This document shows, one piece after another, positions 27,608-37,906 of a stretch of DNA of 64,000 bases. The notes under the pieces are model-generated. The model had not been told where the DNA came from. It worked only from the letters and a program-made list of their open reading frames with translations, and made no database searches. Source of the DNA: an uncultured Planctomycetia bacterium. GTDB taxonomy: Bacteria > Planctomycetota > UBA8108. Position 1 is the first letter of the stretch. Every line of letters begins with the position of its first letter. Location of the stretch: the NCBI GenBank assembly GCA_964615885.1, contig CAZTRG010000281.1, positions 144 to 64,143 of the forward strand. The letters run 5' to 3'. The translations under genes and the position numbers were made by a program.

Positions 27608-28464
27608 AAGTCCTGGTCACGGGAGCCGCAGGGCTGCTGGGCAGGGCCCTGGCAGCATGCCTTGAAAGCGAAGGACCGGTCATCGGACTGGCCCACTCCG
27701 AGCTCGACATCTCATCGGAAGCTGCCGTCTCGGAAGCTCTCAGCCTCCATCAACCGGACATCCTTATCAACGCCGCCGCCTTTACCGATGTGGACGGAGC
27801 TGAGACGCAGCCCGAAGCGGCCCGCGCCGCCAACACCATCGGTCCCGCTGTCCTGGCCGCACAAACCTGCTCAGCGGGCATCCGGCTCCTCACCGTCTCG
27901 ACCGATTACGTCTTTGACGGCAGCAAGGAAGGCCCCTACGACGAGAACGACACCCCGGCTCCCCTGTCGGTTTACGGCCGCAGCAAGCTGGAGGGAGAGG
28001 AGGAGGTCCGCCGGCAGAACCCGCAACATTTCATCGTTCGCACCGCCTGGCTCTATGACAGTCCGGGGAAGTGCTTTGCGCAGGCGGCCCTGGACTTTGC
28101 CGCCGACAAGGAGGAGGTGAGAATCGCGGGTGACCAGCGAGGATCACCAACCTTCGTCCCCCATCTTGCCCGGGCGATTTCGCAGCTGATTCTCTCTGAT
28201 AACTTCGGCATCCACCATATTGCCGGCAGTGGAGGAGCCAGCCGTTTTGAGTTTGTCCGTGAGCTCTATTGCCGCCTGGGAATCGAAACTCCGCTGGTCG
28301 AGGCCAGAGCCAGTGAGTTCCCCTCGGCGGCCGAACGCCCGGCGAATTCAGAATTGACCACAACCCGGGAAGACTCTCCCGGCCTGCCTCCCTGGAGGGA
28401 AGGTGTCGCTGAATTCGCCCGCCGCAAGCTGGCCACGGAAAGCGACCCGCGCTCCCCCGGCTAG
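27604..28464 (+). CDS. rfbD: dTDP-4-dehydrorhamnose reductase
   Basis: [13 protein letters not shown] Rossmann motif, STDYVFDG and YGRSKLEGE (YxxxK). TTG start overlapping the rfbC stop (TTGA). Confidence 0.9.
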   Translation: MKVLVTGAAGLLGRALAACLESEGPVIGLAHSELDISSEAAVSEALSLHQPDILINAAAFTDVDGAETQPEAARAANTIGPAVLAAQTCSAGIRLLTVSTDYVFDGSKEGPYDENDTPAPLSVYGRSKLEGEEEVRRQNPQHFIVRTAWLYDSPGKCFAQAALDFAADKEEVRIAGDQRGSPTFVPHLARAISQLILSDNFGIHHIAGSGGASRFEFVRELYCRLGIETPLVEARASEFPSAAERPANSELTTTREDSPGLPPWREGVAEFARRKLATESDPRSPG

Positions 28465-31400
28465 CCTGGGGGCTTCCCCCAGCCGCCCCCTCCCGGCGTC
28501 TCAATTCGCAGCCGGTCGCCGGCTTTCGTGCTGAAGGTCGCCACCGCCGGCAGCTCTTCCCAGCCGGCCTCCCCCTGCCTGGAGAGGAGATTACGGCCAG
28601 GCCGGCCCGCCTCCCCTCCGGCCTGCCCGTAGGGCCCCTTCAAACGGCGCTGGCTGAGGATGGAAACCTCGACCTGCTCGAGGAACTCGAGCTCCCGGAG
28701 GATGCCCTCACCTCCACGGTTTTCGCCCGCCCCACCGGATCCCCGACGCAGACAGAAACGGTGGAGCCTGACGGGATAGCGCCGCTCAAGCACCTCCGGA
28801 TCCGTGATCCTTGTATTGGTCATATGGGTATGAACTCCGTCAGCGCCCCTGAAGCCGGCTCCCGCACCAGCGCCCCCGGCGATGGTTTCGTAGTACCCGA
28901 AATCTTCATTGCCGAAAAGAAGGTTGTTCATCGTCCCCTGGCTGGCGGCAACAAGCCCCAGCGCCCCGAATATCACATCGACAATACGTTGAGAGGTTTC
29001 CACGTTACCCGCCGATACGGCCGCGCACTCTGCCGGATCAGGGACCGCCGCCGGGTTCAGGAAACATTCCGGAAGGATGATCTCCAGCGGCTCGAGGACT
29101 CCGGCATTGAGGGGAATATCACTGTCTACCAGGCAACGAAAACAATAGAGGGCGGCGCTCGATACAATAGCCGGCGTAGCGTTAAAGTTGTTGGCCAGCA
29201 CTCCCGAGGTGCCGGTGAAATCAAGGCGGACTCCGCGCCCATGCCTCTCAAGCTTCAGCGCGATCCGGGTACCATCATCGAGCTCATCTTTAAATTCCCT
29301 CGGCCCCGGATCCAGCCCCTGGATCTGCGACTCCATGAGCCGCCGGGCTGCATCCTGGATATGGCCCATGTAGCCGAGGACGGTTTCCCGGCCGCAGGTC
29401 TCGATGAGCTCCTCCAGCCTTCCGGCACCGGCCTTGTTGGCAGCAACCTGGGCCTCGATATCAGCAATATTCTCCTGGGGGCTGCGCGATGGCCAGGGCC
29501 CGGAGCGCAGGAGCGCGCCAAGCTCATCGAAACGGCTGAGGCCTCCATCGATGACCTTGAAAGAGCGAAGAAGCACTCCCTCCTCAGCAAGATTCTTCGA
29601 ATCCGGCGGCATCGATCCCGGCCGGATCCCGCCGATCTCGGCATGGTGCGCACGGTTGGCGGTATAGAACAGGAGCTCCCCGCCGGGCTCGAAGACCGGG
29701 CTTATAACCGTGACATCGGGAAGGTGCGAGCCACCGAGGAAGGGGTCATTGCTGACAACTACATCTCCCGGAGAAAGAGCGGAAAGCTTCCGGGAAACCT
29801 GCCTCACGCACTCCCCCATAGCCCCGAGATGAACCGGGATGTGAGGGGCATTGGCAACCAGCCCCCCATCCGCATCAAAGATGGCACAGGAAAAATCCAG
29901 CCTCTCCCTGACATTGGTCGAAACCGCCGAGCGCTCGAGCGCAAGCCCCATCTCCTCGGCGATCGAGGCAAAGTGCTGATGGAAAATTTCCAGCTGGACA
30001 GGATCAGGCTGGGTGGCCTGCCGGCTTGCGGGTGGCGAAGAGCCGGACCCGGCCTGCTCCAGCAGGATGTTCCCTCCGGCTTGCCTGGCTGCTGTCCAGC
30101 CCGGCTCAACAAAAAGGGTATGGTAGCTCGATGCCGCAACCGCCGGGCCGCACAAGCTCTCACCCTCCGCCGGCAAGCCCCCCTCAAGGAGCCGGGCCTC
30201 CTGCCAGCCGCCGGCAAAAAATACCCGGCTGGTTTTCCCCGGGGCGCCTGCCGACTCCCCGGGCTCTTCCTCTTCAGCAGCTGCCTCAGCCTCTGCCAGG
30301 CCTTCGCAGCTGACCCGGGCCGCGACGAGCTCCAGCTCCCTCTGTGGGTGGGTGAAACCATAGAGACGCTCATGCGCCTCCTCGAAGTCATCCCGGCAGC
30401 GCTCAAAGGTCGTCTCCAGCTCGATGGAAGACTCCTGCCCGCGGTAGCGCAGGTCAAGGCTCCTTGAGCGGACCTCGATCTGCTGCTGCTCGATGCCATC
30501 CTCGAGCACCTCCTGCCTGGCCTTTTCCTCAAGCTCCCCCAGGAGCTCGCCAAGCTGCTGCGCCGTGATGGAGTCGAGCAGCTCGAGTACCGGTTTTTCA
30601 GCAATCTTCGTGACGGTGGCCTGCGAGGCGCCCCGGGCGCTCAGTATTCCCGCAAGCGGGGGAACCATCACCCTCGAGATGCCCAGCTGGCGGGCAACCG
30701 CGCAGGCATGCTGCGCGCCTGCGCCCCCGAAAGCCACCAGCAGGTATTCGCGAACATCGTATCCACGGGCCAGGCTGATTTTCCGGATCGCTGCTGCCAT
30801 GCGGTGGTCAGCAATCTCAAGGAAGCCCTCGGCGATCTCTTCAAGGCTCCTGGAGTAACCGCGGCTGCGCAGGCGGCCGGCCAGGGAATCGAGTCCCTCC
30901 CTGACAGCCTCCTCATCGAGAGGAAAGGGGAAGTATCCGGACGGGATCCGTCCGAGAAAAAAATTCATATCCGTAACCGTCAGGGGGCCCCCCGCCCCAT
31001 AGCAGGCAGGCCCGGGAGCGGAGCCGGCACTGTGGGGGCCGACGGTCAGCTTCTCGCCGTCAAAATCACAGATCGAACCTCCACCGGCGGCGACGGTTTC
31101 GATCGCCAGGAGAGGAGTCGCGATCCGCACGCCCGCCTTCACGGTCTCATGCTCCAGCTCGAAGCTCCCGTCCCAGCGGCTCACATCGGTGCTCGTCCCT
31201 CCCATGTCGAAAGCGATTGCACGGCAAGAGCCTGCCTGCCGGGCGACATCGGCCGCACCGACCACCCCGCCGGCAGGACCACTGAGAACCGAGTCCTTCC
31301 CCGAGTATCCGCGGACGGAACACAGGGCGCCCGCACTGGTGAGAAGACGCAGCTTCGCAGCGGGGGCCGCATCGGCAATAGAGCCCACATAGCTTCCTAT

Positions 31401-32273
31401 GACCGGACCGAGATAGGCATCGACGAGAGCCGTATCGCCCCGGGAAACAAGCCGGGGAGCTGAAGAGGACCTGCTCGACAACACCACCTCCTCAAACCGG
31501 AAGCCTTCAGCAAGCTCACCGAGCGCCTCCTCGTGCCGGGGGTTTGCCGCGGCATGCAGCAGGCAGATCGAGACCGCCTCGAAGCCCTCGGACTCCAGCA
31601 CCGCAAAACGCTCGGCCGCAAACTCGAGATCGAGCGGCTCAAGCTCTTCTCCCCCGGCACTGATACGGCCGGGGATCTCCACCGCCACCTCGAAGAGGGG
31701 GTCCGGCTTGCGAATTTCCAGGTCAAAGATAGAGGGGCGGTCCTGGTTGCCGATCAGGAGGATATCGGCGAAGCCGGGGGTGGTGAGGAATGCCGTTCGC
31801 GCCCCCTTACGCTCCAGCAGGGCATTGGTTCCCCGGGTCGTTCCCAGGCGCAGCTCGACCTCGCCAATGCCTTCATCCAGGCGAAGCCCCATCAGCATGC
31901 GCATGCACAACAGCGGTGCCTCCTCGGGAGAGGCCAGCTCCCAGGAGCGTGCAGCCGCCAGCTTGTCCAGGGGCCGGGCGGTAAGAACAGCTCCATCGGC
32001 GCTGCGGGAGCCGGTAACAGCTGCCCGCTCAAGCACCACACCGGCGGGACCCAGCAGGCTCAGCTCGAAGCCACGCAGGAAATCATCACAGAGGCCGCAG
32101 AGACTTTCATCACTGAGAAGGCCCGCGGCACCGGCGGCAACCCTCCCCTTCAGCCTTGCGGAGCTCAAGACCTTGAGCGTGCGGAGCTCCTGGGCCGGAG
32201 TCCTGGCGACGCAATCGGTAAAGGTACCGCCCACATCGATAGAAAAACGCCATCCTGGAGTTGCCTTGCTCAT
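28461..32273 (-). CDS. fused hydantoinase A/B-type 5-oxoprolinase (ATP-hydrolysing), 1270 aa
   Basis: N-terminal HyuA-like region ([23 protein letters not shown]) and C-terminal HyuB-like region (DPVQLEIF..., [20 protein letters not shown]) in a single ORF. Confidence 0.9.
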   Translation of the reverse strand: MSKATPGWRFSIDVGGTFTDCVARTPAQELRTLKVLSSARLKGRVAAGAAGLLSDESLCGLCDDFLRGFELSLLGPAGVVLERAAVTGSRSADGAVLTARPLDKLAAARSWELASPEEAPLLCMRMLMGLRLDEGIGEVELRLGTTRGTNALLERKGARTAFLTTPGFADILLIGNQDRPSIFDLEIRKPDPLFEVAVEIPGRISAGGEELEPLDLEFAAERFAVLESEGFEAVSICLLHAAANPRHEEALGELAEGFRFEEVVLSSRSSSAPRLVSRGDTALVDAYLGPVIGSYVGSIADAAPAAKLRLLTSAGALCSVRGYSGKDSVLSGPAGGVVGAADVARQAGSCRAIAFDMGGTSTDVSRWDGSFELEHETVKAGVRIATPLLAIETVAAGGGSICDFDGEKLTVGPHSAGSAPGPACYGAGGPLTVTDMNFFLGRIPSGYFPFPLDEEAVREGLDSLAGRLRSRGYSRSLEEIAEGFLEIADHRMAAAIRKISLARGYDVREYLLVAFGGAGAQHACAVARQLGISRVMVPPLAGILSARGASQATVTKIAEKPVLELLDSITAQQLGELLGELEEKARQEVLEDGIEQQQIEVRSRSLDLRYRGQESSIELETTFERCRDDFEEAHERLYGFTHPQRELELVAARVSCEGLAEAEAAAEEEEPGESAGAPGKTSRVFFAGGWQEARLLEGGLPAEGESLCGPAVAASSYHTLFVEPGWTAARQAGGNILLEQAGSGSSPPASRQATQPDPVQLEIFHQHFASIAEEMGLALERSAVSTNVRERLDFSCAIFDADGGLVANAPHIPVHLGAMGECVRQVSRKLSALSPGDVVVSNDPFLGGSHLPDVTVISPVFEPGGELLFYTANRAHHAEIGGIRPGSMPPDSKNLAEEGVLLRSFKVIDGGLSRFDELGALLRSGPWPSRSPQENIADIEAQVAANKAGAGRLEELIETCGRETVLGYMGHIQDAARRLMESQIQGLDPGPREFKDELDDGTRIALKLERHGRGVRLDFTGTSGVLANNFNATPAIVSSAALYCFRCLVDSDIPLNAGVLEPLEIILPECFLNPAAVPDPAECAAVSAGNVETSQRIVDVIFGALGLVAASQGTMNNLLFGNEDFGYYETIAGGAGAGAGFRGADGVHTHMTNTRITDPEVLERRYPVRLHRFCLRRGSGGAGENRGGEGILRELEFLEQVEVSILSQRRLKGPYGQAGGEAGRPGRNLLSRQGEAGWEELPAVATFSTKAGDRLRIETPGGGGWGKPPG

Positions 32274-32339
32274 CAGGAATCGGAGTCTAACCGCCCTGCT
32301 GCCGGTTCAGCAATCAGCATCCTGCCGCCCGCCGGCCCA

Positions 32340-32615
32340 TCAGTCCGCACAGCTGGTGGTTTCGCAGCTTCCCAGCTCGTCCTCGGTGGGATCGGCCCCG
32401 CAGTCGATACCGGGCGAAGGGGGTGGTTCGATACCACCAAAGAGATAACGCAGGAGGCGGACAGCATCGGTAACGAGGATCATTCCATCGTCATCGACAT
32501 CGGCTGCATCCGGGCAATTGATTTCAACTCCACCGGCAAAGAGCGAGAGCAGGATCCTGACCGCATCGGCAATATCAAGCTGGCCCTCATCCGACACATC
32601 GCCGCGGCGAAAGAG
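32340..32615 (-). other. dockerin-like double EF-hand C-terminal tail (copy 1 of 3)
   Basis: LFRRGDVSDEGQLDIADAVRILLSLFAGGVEINCPDAADVDDDGMILVTDAVRLLRYLFGGIEPPPSPGIDCGADPTEDELGSCETTSCAD. Confidence 0.7.
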
Positions 32616-35600
32616 CCCTGGAAGCGGCTGCTCAGCCCGGCAGGGTTTCACCAGCAGGAGCGAGGGGGCAAGACTGAGCATGAAGGAGAGGTCCGAGCTG
32701 TTGATGGAGGTGTTGTGAACACTGACAGCCAGGACATTTTCTCCAGGCCGCAGAAGCTCCCCGGCTATCTCCAGGCCCACAACAGCGCTCTCGACCGAGC
32801 TCACCGCCCGGGTAAGCCTGGAGACCCGGCCCGCAGGCATGTTGGCCCGGGCCAGCTCCACTCCGTTAAGGTAGATAACGATTCCATCGTCGTAAATTGC
32901 ATTGAGAACGGCCAGGTTGATCTCTCCAGGGCAGTCGAGCTGGAAGGTCTTGCGGCAGAAAACACTGAGATAGTTGCCCTGCATGTCGACCAGCTCGGTC
33001 AGGTCGTCTCCATCCCCGTAGCCGATCCCGGCCGGGCCGGCCGCCCATCCCGAATCGTCAAATCCCGGCTCCGTCCAGCCCGGCGGAGTCTCCGCGGAGC
33101 CCGGCAGGTAGCTCCAGCTGGCATTGCCCTCAACCAGGATGTAGGAGGCTCGCAGGCGGGGAATCAGCGAGAGATCAGCGGAGCCGATGGTGAAGTTGTG
33201 GACCTGGATCGCGAGAACATTCTCCCCCGGGCGCAGAGCCTCCGGGGCAATGGAGAAGATCTCTTCCTCGCCCGCCTCGTGACCTGAATCCGGCCGGGTC
33301 GTCCTTGTTACCCGGCTGCCGGGAGCTCCCATGTTTTCCGAACGGGCCACCTCGATGCCATTGAGATAGGCGACAAAGCCATCATCGTAATCGATCCCCA
33401 GCTCGAGCTTGCCGACGATGGCCGGGTTGGCAAGCTCGAAGCTCCGGCGGCAATAGACCGTAAGATAGCGATCCTCCATGTCACGCAGAATCGTCGCATC
33501 ATCGTTATCCCCGAAACCAATCCCGCTCGGACCCGAAAACCAGGACTCTCCGGGAATAAAACCGGGCTCCTTCCAGTCCGGATCGACTGCTCGCAGGCCC
33601 TTGAAATAATCCCACTCATCACCAATGGAAATATGCCGTCTCGACTCGATAAGCGGGTATTCCACCACCAGCCTGGGCGGGCTGCCGTCATCGCTCTCGG
33701 CTGAATCAAACTGCCAGCCGTCAGAGCCGGTTGGCAGAAAGGCCCAGCCCCTGTTCGCCTCCGGGTCATCGGACCAGAGTCGAAGACTCCCGGTCACATC
33801 CACCTCGGCCGGCCGGCCCATGCCGGTCACGGTCGCTTCTGCGGCCGCAGCAGCCTCCTCGCCGGCCTCGATACCCTCCAAACCGAAACTGTTCCAGGTA
33901 TCTGCCTCGCTCCAGGGCAACAGCATCCTGTGAACAGCTGCTCCATCCCCGGAGTTGGTCGTGTTCAGCTCCAGCCACGCCCTCTCGATATCGATCCCCG
34001 GGGGAAGCTGGTCCGGACCGGAACCGAATATGGATTCAAAGCGCAGCAGGACCTGGGCCGCGCTGCCGGATCCTGATGGTGTATCGGTGTCGATGCGCAG
34101 GCTCTCGGAGAAGCCATAATCTTCATCGGGGGAGCCGGCATAGATGTAGGTGTCCACAAGCCCCTGGTAGCCATCAACTCCCTGCTGAAAGGAAGCCCGG
34201 GCACGGCTGCCCAGGAGGACCTCCACCTCAACCTCAACCTGGTCGACACCCAGCAGCTCTCCATCGTGGGCAACGAGCGAAAGAATATACCGGCCTGATT
34301 CAGAAAAGGATGCGCTTGTCGAGGCCGCGGACGGATCGGCGAAGGTCACCTCTCCAGGGCCGCTGACAGCTGCCCAGGAAACCTCCAGCTCTTCGCCCTC
34401 AGGCATGCCGTCATCGCTGACTGCCCCTTCGAGACGAACCGAGTTTCCAAGCAACACGAGGTCGAGATCCGCACCGGCCAGGACCTGGGGACGCTCATTG
34501 GCTTCGCTCAAGGCCGGATAGGCATAGCGGGAACAGGCCCTGTCGGTGTCGTTGATGTCCCGGCAGCAGGAGGCGTACATCAGCGCCCGGGAGTCCTCCA
34601 CGTGCCCGAAGCCGAGGCCGTGGCCAAGCTCATGGGCAAGCATTCTCCTGTAGCCACTCGAGCCGAGGCAGCCAACGCCCTCGTTCACGACAACGAACCA
34701 GCCGGTGATGGTAAGCCACCTCTCTCCGTCAAAGGTATGGGTTCCCGAGGTAACCGGGCCGCCGTAGGCCAGCACCCCCCCGCAGCCTTCAATATCAGCG
34801 ATGTCCGAGCAGGGGTCGCCGAAGAGAATGTAGTTCTGCTCAGAGCTCTCCTCGCCCCTGCAGTCGGCGGCAATGTCGCGCGAGCCTCCGAAATAGAGGT
34901 TGTAGCTTGCCCCCGGGATTTCCATCCAGAGCTCCATGGCCTGCTGGACAGTCCACAGCCCGCCATCACGAAGCGAGGCATCTCCAGGGTTGCTGCCGTA
35001 GATCGTCGCCCATTCACCGGAGTCAAACCTGCGCCAGCGCATCTTGCGGCCGTTGCTCGAAAAGATCGAGCAGCCCTCGGGCTGCTCGGCACCACCACCA
35101 TCCCCCGGGCGCAGAAGAGAGGGCATGGGGTCGAGGGGGCGAAGCCCCCAGGTGCCAGCCTGGCCCAGGACTGCACGGAGATGGTCCATGAAAGCCGCCC
35201 GGTCCCAGGGGCCGGGAGCGCCTGCCGCCTCGCCGCCGGGAGGCGGTAACAATCCATCGGAATGCTCCTCAACCGGGACCAGGACTTCACGACCGGAAAC
35301 ATCCTTCGCCTCTGTGAGGATACCCCAGAAAAGCATCGTCGGAATCCAGAGGTTCTCGCCCTTGCGGCTCAGGCACAAGAGGTAGCCGGAGCCTTCAAGG
35401 AAGGCCGGGGAACCCGGAACATGCCAGGCGCGCTCCTCGAGCTCGCCGCCGGGAGTCTCAACCCTGGCCACATCGCCCGGAGCCAGGGGGCCGGAAAAGC
35501 TGGAGATCACCTCGAAGCCGGTGGTGGTAAAAACCAGGGGGCCGCGAGCCGCCGGTATTGAGGCCCGCGCCCGGGCAAAGACGACCGCATCGGCTGCGCG

Positions 35601-35747
35601 AGCCAGCTCCCCGTAGTTTGCCGGAGCAACCAGGGAGGCTGCAAAGAGGCCCGGGCAAAGAAGAAGGCCTGCCAGCACAGCCAGGCCCGGCAGCAAGCCC
35701 CGCCGGCCCGGTAATACCAAGCTCAGTTTATTTGCGAAGAACACCAT
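32340..35747 (-). CDS. secreted multidomain metzincin-like zinc protease: protease + PKD-like + DNRLRE-like + 2 GYGD jelly-roll modules + dockerin-like tail
   Basis: HELGHGLGFGH (34602..34634) followed by ALMY (Met-turn-like). Start set at the internal ATG at 35747, giving signal peptide MVFFANKLSLVLPGRRGLLPGLAVLAGLLLCPGLFA. Domain calls are by motif only. Confidence 0.8.
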   Translation of the reverse strand: MVFFANKLSLVLPGRRGLLPGLAVLAGLLLCPGLFAASLVAPANYGELARAADAVVFARARASIPAARGPLVFTTTGFEVISSFSGPLAPGDVARVETPGGELEERAWHVPGSPAFLEGSGYLLCLSRKGENLWIPTMLFWGILTEAKDVSGREVLVPVEEHSDGLLPPPGGEAAGAPGPWDRAAFMDHLRAVLGQAGTWGLRPLDPMPSLLRPGDGGGAEQPEGCSIFSSNGRKMRWRRFDSGEWATIYGSNPGDASLRDGGLWTVQQAMELWMEIPGASYNLYFGGSRDIAADCRGEESSEQNYILFGDPCSDIADIEGCGGVLAYGGPVTSGTHTFDGERWLTITGWFVVVNEGVGCLGSSGYRRMLAHELGHGLGFGHVEDSRALMYASCCRDINDTDRACSRYAYPALSEANERPQVLAGADLDLVLLGNSVRLEGAVSDDGMPEGEELEVSWAAVSGPGEVTFADPSAASTSASFSESGRYILSLVAHDGELLGVDQVEVEVEVLLGSRARASFQQGVDGYQGLVDTYIYAGSPDEDYGFSESLRIDTDTPSGSGSAAQVLLRFESIFGSGPDQLPPGIDIERAWLELNTTNSGDGAAVHRMLLPWSEADTWNSFGLEGIEAGEEAAAAAEATVTGMGRPAEVDVTGSLRLWSDDPEANRGWAFLPTGSDGWQFDSAESDDGSPPRLVVEYPLIESRRHISIGDEWDYFKGLRAVDPDWKEPGFIPGESWFSGPSGIGFGDNDDATILRDMEDRYLTVYCRRSFELANPAIVGKLELGIDYDDGFVAYLNGIEVARSENMGAPGSRVTRTTRPDSGHEAGEEEIFSIAPEALRPGENVLAIQVHNFTIGSADLSLIPRLRASYILVEGNASWSYLPGSAETPPGWTEPGFDDSGWAAGPAGIGYGDGDDLTELVDMQGNYLSVFCRKTFQLDCPGEINLAVLNAIYDDGIVIYLNGVELARANMPAGRVSRLTRAVSSVESAVVGLEIAGELLRPGENVLAVSVHNTSINSSDLSFMLSLAPSLLLVKPCRAEQPLPGLFRRGDVSDEGQLDIADAVRILLSLFAGGVEINCPDAADVDDDGMILVTDAVRLLRYLFGGIEPPPSPGIDCGADPTEDELGSCETTSCAD
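32664..33149 (-). repeat. GYGD module (roughly 162 aa, copy B2)
   Basis: W..P.FDDSGW..GP.GIGYGDGDDLTELVDMQGNYLSVFCRKTF...YDDGIVIYLNGVELAR...GENVLAVSVHN...SSDLSF. Confidence 0.65.
33150..33635 (-). repeat. GYGD module (roughly 162 aa, copy B1)
   Basis: EWDYFKG...WFSGPSGIGFGDNDDATILRDMEDRYLTVYCRRSF...YDDGFVAYLNGIEVAR...GENVLAIQVHN...SADLSL. Confidence 0.65.
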
Positions 35748-36003
35748 TGTGCAGCCCTGGCCGTATCGCCTGCCCCTGAACTGAAAATCTCTCTGCCAAT
35801 TCACAACAGGAGCCCCTGCGGACTCCCACTCCTGAGTATACATGTGGCAGGAGGTATTTCTAAGAAGTGATGCCGGTGGGCGTGATAAGACCTCCCGGTG
35901 CCGGGAAGCACATTTACCGCTCAGCAGCGCACAGGATTCCGGAGGGACTGTGTTACAGTAATCCCCTGTTTTAACGAGGACCAGACACCCGGAGGACACT
36001 GAA

Positions 36004-37311
36004 ATGAACCACTGCAGATTGATTGCATCCTGCCTGCCTGCCCTTCTTCTGCTGGCGGCCGGCCTTGGAGCCTACGAGAACCCACCGACAGAACCCGGCT
36101 TTGTATCCCTCTTCGATGGCAAAAACATCGAGGAGCACTTCATCATCAAGGGAAAGAAGGAATCCTGGACCGTCAAGGATGGCGTCATCCACTCGCTTCG
36201 CGGCGGCAACAGGATCATCAGCCGGGAAAAATACGGCGATTTCGTTCTCCGCCTCGACTGGCGGATCTCCGAGCAGGGCAACAGCGGCATCTTTATCCGC
36301 GTCCCCGGCCAGAATGACGGGGCACCGTGGGTTTCCGGCTACGAGGTCCAGATCTCCAACGCCCCACGAGACGATGCGCACTGCACAGCTTCTCTCTACG
36401 GAGTCGCGGCGACCAATCCACGCCCGACGAAGGAGGCAGAAGGTGCCAATACCTGGCACACCTACGAGATCACCTGCCTCGGCGGCCGGATCTCCGTACG
36501 GCTTGACGGCGTCCTGAACATCGATGCCGACGAAAAGAAGAACGCGAAGATGCGCTCCCGCCCCAGGGCTGGCTTCATCGGGTTGCAGGACTACCACGCG
36601 AGCAAGGGCTGGGTGGAATACCGCAACATCCGTATCCAGCCGCTGCAAGCCAACGGGGTTCCGGTGGGCTTCGAGTCCCTGTCCTCCGATGGCAAGGGCT
36701 GGCATAAGATCCGCACCGGCCACGGCAGCGGGGGCCAGTGGGCCTATGCCGATGGCACCTGGGAAGGCCAGCAGGACCCTCCCGGAAGCGGCAACGGTGG
36801 CGTGCTGGCGACCGACCGCAAGCTCTCTGACTTCGAGCTGGTCATCGAGACGAAGCCTGACTGGGGAGTCTGCAGTGGAGTCTTTCTGCGCTCGACCGAG
36901 CGCGGTCAGTGCTACCAGCTGATGGTTGACTGGCACGGCAAAGGGAATGTCGCCGGGATCTACGGCGAGGGCACCGGCGGTTTCAACATCCGCAACTACC
37001 AGCTCAGCGATGATAAGACCATTCGAGAGGGCAATGGCCACGAACAGAACATTCCCCTGGCCTTTGAGCTGAAGGACTGGAAAAAGGTCTGGCGCTTCGG
37101 ACAGTACAACGAGGTGCGGGCCCGGATCACCTCGAACCCGCCGACGATTGACACCTGGCTCAACGGCTGGCACATTTCCCATTTCGAGGACGACAAAAAA
37201 CGAATTCCGGACGCCGGCAGCGTGGCGATCCAGGTACACGGCGGCAAGGGATGGCCCAAGGGCGCCAAGGTGCGCTTCAGGAACATCAGCGTCCGCGAGC
37301 TCAAGAAGTAA
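36004..37311 (+). CDS. secreted protein with two DUF1080 (3-keto-disaccharide hydrolase-like, ConA-fold) domains
   Basis: GFVSLFDGKNIEEH...WTVKDGVI...YGDFVLRLDWRISEQGNSGIFIR...GYEVQI...GFIGLQDYH...YRNIRIQPL. A second, more divergent copy ends VRFRNISVRELK. Confidence 0.8.
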   Translation: MNHCRLIASCLPALLLLAAGLGAYENPPTEPGFVSLFDGKNIEEHFIIKGKKESWTVKDGVIHSLRGGNRIISREKYGDFVLRLDWRISEQGNSGIFIRVPGQNDGAPWVSGYEVQISNAPRDDAHCTASLYGVAATNPRPTKEAEGANTWHTYEITCLGGRISVRLDGVLNIDADEKKNAKMRSRPRAGFIGLQDYHASKGWVEYRNIRIQPLQANGVPVGFESLSSDGKGWHKIRTGHGSGGQWAYADGTWEGQQDPPGSGNGGVLATDRKLSDFELVIETKPDWGVCSGVFLRSTERGQCYQLMVDWHGKGNVAGIYGEGTGGFNIRNYQLSDDKTIREGNGHEQNIPLAFELKDWKKVWRFGQYNEVRARITSNPPTIDTWLNGWHISHFEDDKKRIPDAGSVAIQVHGGKGWPKGAKVRFRNISVRELKK

Positions 37312-37330
37312 CCCCGAGAAAGGAACTCCA

Positions 37331-37906
37331 ATGGTAAAAACCGCTTCAACCATGGTCGAGCTGGGCACCCCGGCTCCCGGCTTCAGCCTGCCGGCCACCG
37401 ATGGCTCCACCGTGAGCCTTTCGGACCTCGAAGGCAGTCCCGTGCTGGTTATGTTTATCTGCAACCACTGCCCCTTCGTCCTGCACCTGCGAGAGCATCT
37501 CGCAGAAACCAGCAAGGGCTACCAGGAACGCGGCGTCAAGGTCATCGGCATCAGCTCTAACGATGTCTCCACCCACCCGGATGACAGCTTTGAGAAAATG
37601 GTCGAGGAGGTCGCCAACACCGGCTACACCTTCCCCTACCTCTACGACGAGAGCCAGGAGGTCGCGCAGAGCTACCGCGCCGCCTGTACCCCTGACTTCT
37701 TCCTCTACGACAGCTCCCACAAGCTGGTCTACCGCGGGCAATACGATGACAGCCGGCCGGACAACGGCACTGCCACCGGCGCCGATCTCTCAGCCGCCAT
37801 CGATGCGCTGCTGGCAGGTGAGGCACCGCTGGAGAACCAGAAGAACAGCATCGGCTGTAACATCAAGTGGAAGGCCGGCAACGAGCCCGACTATTTCAAC
37901 CCCTGA
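37331..37906 (+). CDS. thioredoxin-fold (AhpC/TSA-redoxin-like) protein
   Basis: APGFSLPATDGSTVSLSDLEGSPVLVMFICNHCPFV...GVKVIGISSND. Start is the internal ATG at 37331 with AGGAA upstream. Confidence 0.8.
   Translation: MVKTASTMVELGTPAPGFSLPATDGSTVSLSDLEGSPVLVMFICNHCPFVLHLREHLAETSKGYQERGVKVIGISSNDVSTHPDDSFEKMVEEVANTGYTFPYLYDESQEVAQSYRAACTPDFFLYDSSHKLVYRGQYDDSRPDNGTATGADLSAAIDALLAGEAPLENQKNSIGCNIKWKAGNEPDYFNP

Noticed and set aside
32598-32606. RGD tripeptide conserved at the start of all three dockerin-like tails, considered as an integrin-type adhesion motif
   Set aside because: It sits in the first Ca-binding loop position of the EF-hand-like repeat (GD-x-N/D-x-D/S-G pattern). It is best explained as part of that loop rather than as a eukaryote-targeting motif.
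28761-33287. Long plus-strand ORFs (28761..30467, 30708..31463, 31533..33287) opposite the oxoprolinase and protease genes
   Set aside because: They are shadow ORFs. The minus-strand products have strong HyuA/HyuB and metzincin motifs, and the plus-frame products have no motifs and a biased composition.
35971-37515. 514-aa minus-strand ORF opposite the DUF1080 gene; similarly 42152..43468 (-), 20053..21339 (-), 25791..26927 (+), 19457..20362 (-), 38982..39950 (-) and 226..942 (+)
   Set aside because: All of these are antisense to genes with recognisable families and have lower third-position GC than the annotated frame.
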